Source of the DNA: Deltaproteobacteria bacterium
Lineage (GTDB): Bacteria > Myxococcota > Kuafuiibacteriia > Kuafuiibacteriales > Kuafuiibacteriaceae
Assembly: GCA_040218735.1 (NCBI GenBank)
Contig: JAVJQW010000017.1
Location: 415,416-479,415, forward strand
DNA length: 64,000 nucleotides
Direction of reading: 5' to 3'
Within the stretch, counting starts at the first letter, position 1. Each line of letters opens with the position of its first letter. A program made the translations under genes and the position numbers. Shown here piece after piece: positions 9,370-19,900 of the stretch. The notes under the pieces are model-generated. The model had not been told where the DNA came from. It worked only from the letters and a program-made list of their open reading frames with translations, and searched no databases.

Positions 9370-10991
9370 CACTGCGTACCTCCTTCGATGCGCGCGTTGA
9401 GTTGGTAGCCAGTCAGGGTGCGGAGGCGCTCGGCCTCGACGTCGAGGATGCTGATGCGTCCGGCGACGTGCTCCTGGGTGACCCACACCCGCGAGTCCTC
9501 GCCGGCGAACGCGCCGGTGTACTCGGGCGCGGAGCCGAGCGCGAAGGTCGTGACGACGAGTCGGTCGAGGTCGATCGTCTCGACGCGGTGGGCGAGATCG
9601 TCCGGGTCGCGGAGCGTGACCGAGGCGTGGCGGTTGGAGAACACCAGCGACGCGGGCGCGATGCGGCCCGTGCGTTTGAGCTGCACGTCGCCGGTGTCGA
9701 GGTCGACGATCGAATAACCTTCGTCCTGGTCGACCGCGCGCTCGTAGGGATCCGCGGCGGTCGAGTCGGGCTCGGCCTCGTGCAGGACGATCGCCGTCGC
9801 GCCGTCGGGGGACACCGTGACCTGGCGGAGCTTCTTCTCGAGGCGATCGAAGACCCGCACCGAGGCATCCTCGAGATCGAGGAGGCCGAAACGCTCGACC
9901 TCGTCGAAGCGGCTGTAGATCGCGGCGCGGCGTCCATTGGCGTCCAGCTCGATCTGGCCGGCGCGAACGCCGTCGACGTCGACGACGCGCACTGCGGCGG
10001 AGGAGGTCAGCGCGTCGGGGAGTGACAGGAGCGCGACCTGGTTCGTGGCGCGGAGCGCACCGACGGCGAAGCTCCCGTCCGTGAGCAGATCGAGGTCCGT
10101 CGCGGAGGTCGACAGCGGGATGTCGGTGAGCTCGACGAGGTCGAGATCGAGGACCGCGATGCCGGGGTGGCCGAGCGCACGCAGCAACACGTAGGGCGAC
10201 GCTTCACTCGCGACGGCCTCGCGCCCGATGACCTCCGCGAGGGAGTCCGGGAACGCGATGCGGCCGGGCCGGTAACCCGGCTCCGCGAGGCGAGCGAGCT
10301 CGATGATCGTGGCGTCGTTCTTACCGACGACGACCGCGAGCGTGGCGAGCCCGCGTTCGACGCGGAAGAACACGTTGGTGTGCCGGTAACCGGCGGCGAC
10401 CTCGGCCGGCGCGACGTCGTCGCCGCGCGCGAGCGCTTCGAGGTCGACGACGGCGACGAGGCCTTCCGCGCCTTCGTCGGGCTCCAGCCCGTCCGGCGTG
10501 TAGGCGACGGCGTAGCGACCATCGGGGGAGACGACGACGTGGGCGTACGCGCGACCGAGCGCGACGGACTCTCGCGACAGCGCGTCGGGCGTCGCGCCGA
10601 CGACGGAGAGGCTCTTCCCGGCGCGCGACACGACGGCGACCGACTCGGTGTCGGCGATGCGCGTAAGCGCGACCGGTTCGCGCGGGACGAGTACGGCACG
10701 CACCGCGAGATCGATCGGATCGATCACCAGCACCGTGCTCGACCCGGTCGACAGCGCGAAGAGGTTCTCGCCGGTGGCGATCGGTCGCGAGATCGTCGCG
10801 TCGATCTCGAACTCGACGGGGAGACCGTCGTCGGGGCTCACGCAGATCGCTTCGCGACAGAGGAGACCCGACGGGCAGTCGGCGTCGACCGCGCAGTTGT
10901 CGAGCGTGGGTGTCGGCACCGGAATCGCGGCGTCGGAGGCACACCCGACGCCTAGAGCGGCAAAGAACGAGGCATAGAGTTGCAGACGCAT
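9369..10991 (-). CDS. Lipoprotein with Cys-rich N-terminus and YVTN-like beta-propeller
   Basis: Lipobox LGVGC, CAVDADCPSGLLCREAIC, repeated VSPDG and vvDL blades. Confidence 0.78.
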   Translation of the reverse strand: MRLQLYASFFAALGVGCASDAAIPVPTPTLDNCAVDADCPSGLLCREAICVSPDDGLPVEFEIDATISRPIATGENLFALSTGSSTVLVIDPIDLAVRAVLVPREPVALTRIADTESVAVVSRAGKSLSVVGATPDALSRESVALGRAYAHVVVSPDGRYAVAYTPDGLEPDEGAEGLVAVVDLEALARGDDVAPAEVAAGYRHTNVFFRVERGLATLAVVVGKNDATIIELARLAEPGYRPGRIAFPDSLAEVIGREAVASEASPYVLLRALGHPGIAVLDLDLVELTDIPLSTSATDLDLLTDGSFAVGALRATNQVALLSLPDALTSSAAVRVVDVDGVRAGQIELDANGRRAAIYSRFDEVERFGLLDLEDASVRVFDRLEKKLRQVTVSPDGATAIVLHEAEPDSTAADPYERAVDQDEGYSIVDLDTGDVQLKRTGRIAPASLVFSNRHASVTLRDPDDLAHRVETIDLDRLVVTTFALGSAPEYTGAFAGEDSRVWVTQEHVAGRISILDVEAERLRTLTGYQLNARIEGGTQ

Positions 10992-11183
10992 GGACGGCCC
11001 ACGACAAAAGCAAACGCCACGCCAGCCGCGCGACGCCGTTCGTTGTGTGTCGTCCCCCCGGGGGTTGGCGCCCCCGCCTTTGCAGTCGGTGACTTGAACC
11101 GCGACAGCGATGTCGCGTCGACCGAATCCTCGACAGGATACGGACCACGCGACGCACTTCGCCTGGTAGGATCGGCTTCGGTT

Positions 11184-12773
11184 TTGGTCGCCGACGCGAG
11201 CTCACGTCTGGTCTGCCCGCAGTGCGGAGCGATCTACCGGACCGACTTCGAAGCGTGCGCGCTCGACGGTCACGCACTCGAAGTCCTCACCGACGACCCA
11301 CTGGTGGGGAAGGTCATCGCCGACCGCTACTGCATCGAAGCGTGCATCAGCGAAGGCGCGATGGGCCGCGTCTACCGCGCGACGCACACGCGGATGAGCA
11401 AACGCTTCGCGGTGAAAGTGCTCTTCGGCGAGCACGCGTCCCAAACCCGCATGCGTGCGCGCTTCTCGCGCGAAGCCGAAGCCGCGAGCCGCCTCGAACA
11501 TCCCAACCTCGTCTCCGTCGTCGACTTCGGCGAAACACCCGAGCGCCTCCTCTACCTCGTCATGGACTTCATCGACGGGCGCACCTGCGGCGGCCTCATC
11601 GCGGAGGAAGGCCCCCTCGACGAGCTCCGCGCGCTACGCCTCGTCCGGGAGATCGCGCGCGGGCTCCGCCACCTCCACGCACGTGAGATGGTCCACCGCG
11701 ACCTCAAGCTCGACAACGTCATCGTCACCTCCGACGGCGACGTCGAAGTCCCGAAGATCGTCGACCTCGGTGTGGCCGTCCTCCCGTCCGACGGCACGGT
11801 GCAAGAGAAGTTGACGAAGCAGGGGACGATCGTCGGCACCCCCGCATTCATGGCGCCCGAGCAGGCGTTCGGCGACGGCGTCGATCCGCGCTCCGACGTC
11901 TTCAGCCTGGGGATGGTGCTCTACCACCTCCTCGCCGGACGCGGCCCATTCGACGGGTCGGCGGTCGAGGTCATCCAGCAGAACGTCACCGTGCCCTTCC
12001 CGCCGGTCGCGGAGCGCGCCCCGGGTCGAAACGTGTCGCGCGACGTGCAGCGGATCCTCGATCGGATGATCGAGAAACACGCGGAGGATCGCTTCGACTC
12101 GGCGCAGGCGGTCATCGATGCGATCGACCGCGTCCGCCCACCCTCGGTGCCCGTCGGGCGCTCCGCCCTCGTGAGCCACGCCGAGCTCACCGCGGACCTC
12201 TCGGAGCCCGCGCTCGCGAAGCCGCGACGCTCCAGTGCACCGAAACGTAGCTTGCGCGCGGTGTACGTCGCGGCCGCGTGTGGTCTCGTCGCGGCCCTCG
12301 CCGTGGGGGGCTGGGCGATCGCGAGCCGCACCCCCGAGCCCGTACCCGTTGCGGAGCTGACGGCGGAGGCGGTGTTCGAGGCGCCCTTCGAGGACGAGGA
12401 CGAGGCCGCGGAAGTCGTCGAGGAGGTCGAGGAGGCCGAGGACGAGGTCGCGCCCAAGAAGAAGACGCGGCGCAAACGCCGCGCGCGGCGGAAACGTCGC
12501 CGTACCGTTCGCCGCACCAAGCTGGCGCCGCTCGAAAAAGAGGACGGCCCGAAGACCCGCACCGCGCCGACGGTGGCGGAGCTCTCCGCTCTGACGAAGG
12601 AGTGCTCGACGCTCATCCAGCGCATCGAGGATCGCTCCGGCCCGGTCGAGGCGGGGCCGCTGCGGGTGAAGCTCATGGGCCTCGCGGCGACCGAGAGCAC
12701 GCCGCCGGATCAGCGGCACCAGATCGAGCGCGGGCTGCGGCGCCTGCGCCGGGATCTTCGGCGAAGGTTGTAG
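11184..12773 (+). CDS. Membrane Ser/Thr protein kinase with N-terminal zinc-ribbon-like motif
   Basis: CPQC...CALDG, GAMGRVY, AVK, HRDLKLDN, DLG, GTPAFMAPEQ, TM helix. Start uncertain (TTG 11184 chosen; frame open from 10980). Confidence 0.9.
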   Translation: MVADASSRLVCPQCGAIYRTDFEACALDGHALEVLTDDPLVGKVIADRYCIEACISEGAMGRVYRATHTRMSKRFAVKVLFGEHASQTRMRARFSREAEAASRLEHPNLVSVVDFGETPERLLYLVMDFIDGRTCGGLIAEEGPLDELRALRLVREIARGLRHLHAREMVHRDLKLDNVIVTSDGDVEVPKIVDLGVAVLPSDGTVQEKLTKQGTIVGTPAFMAPEQAFGDGVDPRSDVFSLGMVLYHLLAGRGPFDGSAVEVIQQNVTVPFPPVAERAPGRNVSRDVQRILDRMIEKHAEDRFDSAQAVIDAIDRVRPPSVPVGRSALVSHAELTADLSEPALAKPRRSSAPKRSLRAVYVAAACGLVAALAVGGWAIASRTPEPVPVAELTAEAVFEAPFEDEDEAAEVVEEVEEAEDEVAPKKKTRRKRRARRKRRRTVRRTKLAPLEKEDGPKTRTAPTVAELSALTKECSTLIQRIEDRSGPVEAGPLRVKLMGLAATESTPPDQRHQIERGLRRLRRDLRRRL

Positions 12774-13973
12774 CTACTCGATCGTGCCGTCGCGCACGAC
12801 GTACGAGCGCGACGGATCGATTTGTTCCGGGATCTTCGCGAGCACACGCCCGGGCGCGGGGTAGAGCTTCAGGCCGTTCGGCAGCTCGCGGCCCGGAGCG
12901 ACGAAGACGTCGGGGCCGATGAAGGTGTCGTGGCCGAAACACGACCCGAGGACGTCGTGGGGGACCTCGACGAACTCGTCGCCGACGCGCACCTTGATCT
13001 TCGATCCGCCGAGCGTGTCGGTCGGCGTCGCGCGCGGAGTGAGCGCAGCGCGGCGGCCAGCGAGGCACATCTGCATGCTCATGCCGGCGTTGGTGCCGTC
13101 CATGACCGCCGAGTTGTAGATGAGCGTGTACTTGCTGACGAAGCAGTCCGCGCCGATCGTGGAGTAGGCGACGTTCGCGCGATCTTCGATCACCGTCCCG
13201 GCGCCGACGATCGAGCCGCGCACCAACGCCTGCGCGCCGACGCGGACGCCGTCACCGAGGAACGCGCCCTCGACGCGAGCGGTGGGGTGCACGTCCACGT
13301 CCCGGCCGAACCGGTTCGCCGCCGACATGACGCGCCACAACATCCGGCCGCGGCGGAAGAGGAGCGCCTTCACCAACACCCACGCGCCCCACCACGGCGC
13401 GCCGACGATCTGGTCGACCCACTTCACCTGCACGGCGAGGCGCGAGGCGTCGAGCACGTGCACCCAGTGCCGCACGTGCAGACAGACGCTCGACGTCAGC
13501 GGGTGAACCCAGATCCCCTGCTCGTTGACGAAGTGCGGGACCCGCACCTCGATTCGACGCTCCTCGTAGATCACGCCGAGCGGCGCGGCGGCGTCGAGGC
13601 CCTGCCCGCGCGGCGCGCCGTAGAACCGATACATCGCGAGGCCGTCCGCGATGTCGACGTCCTGGTGCCACGAGAACTGTGCGAAGAACGTGGAGTCGAT
13701 CGGGAGCGCGAGGCGCACGGTGCGGTCGCGTTTCCATCGCTTCAGGAAGTCCTTGAGCACCCGGCGCGTGAAGTAGACGTCGTCCCACGTGACGATGCGG
13801 TCCTCGTCCTGCGGGATGTCGTCGGCGCTGTCGACGCGCACGACCTGTAACCCGAGCTTCGCGAACAGCCGGTCCTGTGTTTCGCGGAGCGTGGCGTCGC
13901 CGATGGGAATGTCGGCGACGGGATCACCGAACGGCGCGATGTGCGTTCCGCTCGCGATGACGTACGCGCGCAT
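12774..13973 (-). CDS. Hexapeptide-repeat (left-handed beta-helix) protein with degenerate nucleotidyltransferase-like N-terminus
   Basis: VDVHPTARVEGAFLGDGVRVGAQALVRGSIVGAGTVIEDRANV repeats and CFGHDTFIGPDVFVAPG. ATG directly abuts the stop of the TPR gene. Confidence 0.7.
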   Translation of the reverse strand: MRAYVIASGTHIAPFGDPVADIPIGDATLRETQDRLFAKLGLQVVRVDSADDIPQDEDRIVTWDDVYFTRRVLKDFLKRWKRDRTVRLALPIDSTFFAQFSWHQDVDIADGLAMYRFYGAPRGQGLDAAAPLGVIYEERRIEVRVPHFVNEQGIWVHPLTSSVCLHVRHWVHVLDASRLAVQVKWVDQIVGAPWWGAWVLVKALLFRRGRMLWRVMSAANRFGRDVDVHPTARVEGAFLGDGVRVGAQALVRGSIVGAGTVIEDRANVAYSTIGADCFVSKYTLIYNSAVMDGTNAGMSMQMCLAGRRAALTPRATPTDTLGGSKIKVRVGDEFVEVPHDVLGSCFGHDTFIGPDVFVAPGRELPNGLKLYPAPGRVLAKIPEQIDPSRSYVVRDGTIE

Positions 13974-16900
13974 CTACTGAAGCCTGCGCAGCATCTCGTG
14001 GTACTCGCGCGTGATCGCGTAGCGGATCAACGGCGCGTGCCAGTGCCGCTCGACGCGACCCCCGGCGAGCGACGACAGCACGTCCACCGAAGTCTTCAGC
14101 GATCCACTCACCACCAACCCGAAGCGCTCCGCGGTGCGGAAGACACCCGCGCGCTCTTCGCCGAGTGAGCGTCGGTCGTCACTCTCGAGCCAAGTACGGA
14201 CCTCGCCCTGCAGCGCCGCGCGATCGTTGGCGGGCAACGCACGCTCCAGCGCACGACCGCGTTTCTTCGCCATCTTCGGGTCGACGTCGTGCTCCGACGG
14301 GTCGTCGAACTTCGCGAACCCGACCAGCGCCTCGCGCAGGACGGTGAGCGGGATGAGCTCGAACATCAGCGCACGCGGGCGGAGCATCGCGAAGCACCGC
14401 CCGAACATGAACCGCAGCTCGTCGATCGAGTGTTGCTCCGCCTTCGACAACGAAACGACCAACGCCGGTCCGTCGCCGACGAACGCGGCGTTCACCGCGG
14501 CGGGTGCGTCCTCGCGCACGTACACCGGCGGTGTCTCTTGTCCGAGGACCCGCGCGGTGTAGCCGATCGGCCGGCTCACGTGGATACCGAGCCCGGCGGC
14601 GCCCGCGAGGTCGCGCTTCTTGGGGCGCGGCTCGGGCAGCACGTCGGCCATCGCCTTGAGCGGCGCGTAACCGAGCGCTTCGAACAGCTCGGTGAGATCG
14701 GACGTCTCGCCGGGGTGGAACGGGACCTCCACCGGGCGAAGCGCGTTGATGACGCGGGTGTCGAGGCTCCGCTCGACCTTCGCCGCGCCGTTCTTCGGCT
14801 CGGGTGGCGGCGTCTCGCCGAGCGCCTCGAGGATCTCCGCGGTCACGCGCGCCTGCTGCGTGTCGCCCACGCGACGACGCAGCACCGTCAGCCGCTCGAG
14901 GCCCTCGACGTCCCCCGCGCGCTGCTCCACCAGGTACGACCAAGCGACGATCGCTTCACGCGAGAGCGTCATCGCGGTCGGGCCGCCCTTCGCGGCGACG
15001 ATGTCGAGGAGACGCGCGTACTGCTCGCGGAGCCCAGGGGTCTCCGGCGCGATCTTCATGACCTTCTTGCACACCGCGAGCGCCTGCTCGTGCAGCTCCA
15101 AGTGGAACCGCAGGATCGACATCGCGTGCAGGTAGAGGCGCGTCGCCGTCGCGACCCGGTCGTCGCCGTCGGCGTCCGCGTCGGTCGAGAGATCCTCGAC
15201 GAACTGATCCGCCGCACGAAGCTGCGTGCGCACGAGCTCGTCGACGTCCCCGTCGAACTCCAGCACCACCGACAGATCCGCGCGCGCGCCGGCGTGCGTC
15301 GGCACCAGCTCCAATGCTTCGCGCAGCAGCTCTCGCGCGCGCCCGCGCTCCTTCCCCGCCGCGAGCAACACCCGCGCGGCGCGCACCAGCAGGTCCGCGC
15401 GCTCACGACCGTCACGTCGCATCGCCGGGAGCACGAGCGCCTCGGCGCCGCCCAAGGCGTCTCCGAGCTGCACGCGATACGACGAGAGCCGGTCCGCGAG
15501 CTCCACGTCCTCCGGCCCGTAGGTCTGCGCCTCGGTGAGCATCGCGGAGGCGCGCGCGAGGTCGCCGTCCAGATCACCGAGCAGCCGACCCGCGTGGACG
15601 AGCGCGTCCTTCTTCGCGCTCTCGTCCTCGAGCAGCCCCGCCAGACGCTTCAGGCACTCGGCCGCCTCGAAGGCGTCCCCCGCGTGCTCCAACATCTCGG
15701 CGTACAGCCGCAGCGGGCCGACCTCGCGCTCCGCGAGGTGATGCGCCTTCTTGGCGAGGCGCGCCGCGGCCTCGAAGTCCTCGTCGGCGCACTTGGCCTT
15801 CGCCATTCGGAAGTACACCGCCGAGCGCTGCGGCGCGGCGAGCGACGCTTCGTGGTGGAGCACGAGGCTCGCCCCCAGCTCGTACACCCGCGACCAATCC
15901 TGGTCGTCCGCGAGCAACGCACCGAGGCGGTCGAGCGCTTCGGCGTGCGTCGGTTCGTTGTTCAGGACGGCGTCGTACGACGCGCGCGCGATCTCGTGCT
16001 CAGGCAGCTCGTCCGCGGCGCGGGCGGCGGCGATCGCGAGCTGCGCGGATCGCTCCGGATCCGACAGCCCCTGCGCCGCGTTCCACAGGTGCGGCAACGC
16101 CTGCACCAGCTCTCCGCGCGACGCGAGCAGCTCACCGAAGGTGGCCTCCGTCGACAGGTCGTCCGGGTCCGCGGCGAGCGCGGCCTCGTAGTACTCGAGC
16201 GCCTTGAGGTCGTCGCCGACGCGCTGCTGCGCGAGGAGCCCGGCGCGAACGAAGAGCGCGTTGGCGTCGCGCTCGTCCTGGGACAGACGCGCCGCCTGGG
16301 CGGCGAGCTCGTGCGCGCGAATGAAGTCGTCCTCCGCCTCCGCGAAGTCCAGCAGCGCGAGGATCGCCTCACGACACTCGTAGTCGGCCTGGTAGGCGTG
16401 TTCGTACTCGGCGTGCGCGGCCTCGCGATCGCCGAACTGCGATTCGAGCATCCGCCCGATCCGCACGTGCACATTCGCGCTCTCGGCCGCCGGCGCGACC
16501 TCCGCGAGGCGACGCAAGATCGCGATGCCCTGTTCGTCCTCCCCGCGGCGCATCGCGAGCCCCGCCATTGCGTCGAGGACCTCCGTGTGGTCCGGCGCAA
16601 CCTGGATTGCACGATCGAGCGCCGCCTGCGCCGCACCGAGATCGTCGAAGACCTGCACTTGGATCTCGGACGCCTCCAGCAGCAACGCCACCTGGGCCGC
16701 GGCGTCCTGGCTGCCGTCGACCCGCGCGAGCAGCGCCTGGATGACGCCGTCCCAGTCTTCACGCGCGCGGCGAAGACGTTCGATGTGGCTCCACGCCTCG
16801 TCGTCCGTCGCGTCGTCGGCGACGACGCCCTGGTACATGTCGAGCGCGATGTCCGGCGAAGCGAGCTGCTCCTCCGAGATACGGGCGATGCGCTTGCGGA

Positions 16901-19900
16901 GCGCGTTCTTCGTCGCCGCGCTGTGCAGGACTTCGAGGCGCCGCATCCCGACGTCGACGGCCTCACCCCACTTCTCCCGGTCGAGCAGCGCTTGTTCGAG
17001 CGCTTCGAGGAGCTGCGGATCCCGCGCGCGCTCTTCGAGGCCACGCCGCAGCTCGGCTTCGGAGGCGTCCGGGTCGGCTTTGTGCTCGAGGTGGAGACGC
17101 GCGAGATCGAGGCGGAGCTGGGAGAGCTTCTCACCCTCGGTGCGCAGCGCCTGCTTCTCGTACAGCGCGATCAGATCGTCGTAGCGCTCGGTGCTCGTCA
17201 GCAGCGCCGCGGCTTGCGCGATCACTTCCTCTTCGTCCGCGAAGTCGTCGTGGTGTTCGAGGATGACGTCCGCCGCGCGCGCGCTGTCGCCGAGCTTCCC
17301 GTCGTAGACACTCACGGCGCGGAGCAAGAACCCACGTTTGTCCTTCTGGTCCTCGGTGGCCTCGGCACGCGCCAGCAACACCTGCGCGACCTCTTCGTGC
17401 CGCCCGGCGGCGTCGAGCACGGAGAGGTGTCGACCGAGCACGGCTTCGTCGGTCGGCGACTTGGCGCCGAGCCGTTCGAAGCGCTCGAGCGCACGTGACA
17501 GATCCCCGAGATCGTCGGCCTCGATCTCCGCGAGCTTCAGCTCGAAGCGGAGCTGCTGCTCGGGCGACACGTGTTCGAGCACCCCCTGCACGGTGTCGAT
17601 GAGCAACGTGTACCCCTGCGCGCGACGTCCGAGGCGAATCGTCTGCTCGATGCGATCCACGTTCGGATCGATCTGCGCGAGCCGCACCATCGAGAAGAAC
17701 GCACGCTCCGACTGTTCGAGGCGCTCGTTGGTGGAGACGATCTCCTCGAGCAGCTCGATCATCTTCGGGCGATCGTCCTGCTCGGTCGCCTCCGCGAGCT
17801 CCTTCTGGATCTGCGCGAGCCGGCCGGCGACGTCCTCCGACGCCCCGTCCTCGTCGACCGTCGCGGCGAGCGCTTCTTCGTCCAACGGCTCTTCGGCCTC
17901 GTCGTCCCCGTCGGCGGCGCGGCGATCCCGGATCTGCTCCGTGACGACCTGCGCCGCGCCGGCGCGCTCGGGTTGCGCTTCTTCGGCCGCGTCGATGTGC
18001 GAGTCCCAGCTGTCGAGCTCCGCGGCGGCGATTTGACGCGAGAGCGCGTCGCGCTCGACGAGCTGCAGGCCGTCGATCTTCGCGTCGAGCTCCTCCGCGT
18101 CGTCGACGGAGACGGGGATCTTCGCGTCGAGATCCTCCGCGTCGTCGGGCGGCGGCGGAGGCGGAGTGGGTTTGTCGAGGCGCGCGGCTTCGATCTTCGC
18201 CTCCAGATCCTCCGCGTCGTCGGGCGGCGGAGGCGGGGGGGTCGGCGTCGCGAGGCGCGCGGCTTCGATCTTCGCCTCCAGGTCGTCGGCGTCCTCGGGC
18301 GGCGGCGGCGGAGGTGTCGGCGTCGAGCGACGCGCGGCTTCGATCTTCGCCTCCAGATCGTCGGCGTCCTCGGGCGGGGGCGGCGGCGCGGTGGGCGTCG
18401 AGCGGCGCGCGGCTTCGATTTTGGACGCGAGGGCCTCGGCCTCCGCGGGATCCGCGCCGACCGACGGCTCGTCGTCCGGGTCCATCACCTCCACACGCGC
18501 GACGCCCGTGATCGGTACGGAGGGATCGCGCACCGCCGACTCACCGCGCGGCGGCGGCGGCGGCGGACGACGGCGCTCGACCGGGACGATCGCCGCCTCC
18601 TGCGGGACGTCGGCCAGTACCAAGCCCGCCGCGGGCGCCTCGTCGAGGGCGACGGTCTCGTCCTCGTCCTCCATCGGCGCGTCGGGCGTCATCAACCGGA
18701 CGCCGTCATCCTCGAGGACGAGGTCGTGCGTCGACGGCACGCGCGGCGCCGGTGCCCGCGGTGCAGGGGAAGGTGCGTCCGGCGACCAGTGGGTCTCACT
18801 CTCCGGGCCGTAACCTTCGCCGTCGAACTCGGTCGGCGCCTCCGTAGCGTCGGTCGCCACCGCGGACACACCGACGGCGTCGAGGTCCAGCACCGGACGC
18901 GCCGGCGCTTCGTCGGCTTCGTCCTCGTCGCTGACCCGCTTCGCGAGCTCGTGCTGGGGGTCGATCTCCAAAATGCGGCGACATGCTTCCACGCCCCGTT
19001 CGGGGTCGTCGACCCGCTTTTCGTCGCACAGCGTCACGATTCGGGCGTAGATCGCCACCGCCGTGGCGTCGTCCGGGGCCTCCTCGGCGTCCATCTGGAG
19101 CAGGTGGGCGACATCGTCCCAGTCCCCCCGCCGCTCGTGCAGCTTCATCAGGCGCCGGCGCGCCTCCCGGTGCTGCGGTTCGGTCTCCAAAATGGCCCAG
19201 TACACGCGGATCGCGTCCTCGGCCCGGTCCAGGACGTTTCCGTAGATGTGCCCGAGCTTCAGGCGCATATAAGTACGGAGCAGCGCGTTGTCGGTCGCCT
19301 CGCAGACGTCTTCGTACGTGTCGGACACCGTGACGAGGTCGCCGCTCATCAGGCCGAGGCGCATGACCTCGTCGAGCAGCTCCCGGTCGTCCGTCGCGTG
19401 CTGGACGGCGCGGGTGATCGCGGCGAGGGCCCGCGGGAGGTCGCCGAGCTCCAGCTCGTAGATCCGCGCGAGCTCGCGTTCGAGGCGGACCCGGTGCGGA
19501 CCGACGCGCCGATCCTTCGCGGTGACCTCCAGGATCTCCGCGAGCTCGTCGAAGCGCTCGCGCTCACGGAAGACGTCTTCGATCTGTTCGAGGACCTCCG
19601 GGTTGCCGCCGTCGTCCCAGAGCGCGGCCTTGAGGTAGGCGAGCGCACGCTGCTGGTTGCCCAAGGGGCCGAGGTGCAGCTCGGCGAGGCGCAGCGAGAG
19701 CGCGGCGCGGACGCGGGGGTCCTCCTGGTGGAGGATGATGTCCCCGATCGCCACGGCTACCTCGTCGACGCGGTCCGTCTTCTGCCCGAGCTGTTCGAGG
19801 CGCGTGACGATGCGGATGTTGGTGGGGGTGAGGCGGACGGCGCGGAGGACCTCGGTGAAGGCGGCGTCGGCGTCGTCCTTCCGTTCGGCGAGGAGCTCCG

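Noticed and set aside
18117-18423. Possible CRISPR array
   Set aside because: Contiguous in-frame repeats without unique spacers, and no cas genes in the window.
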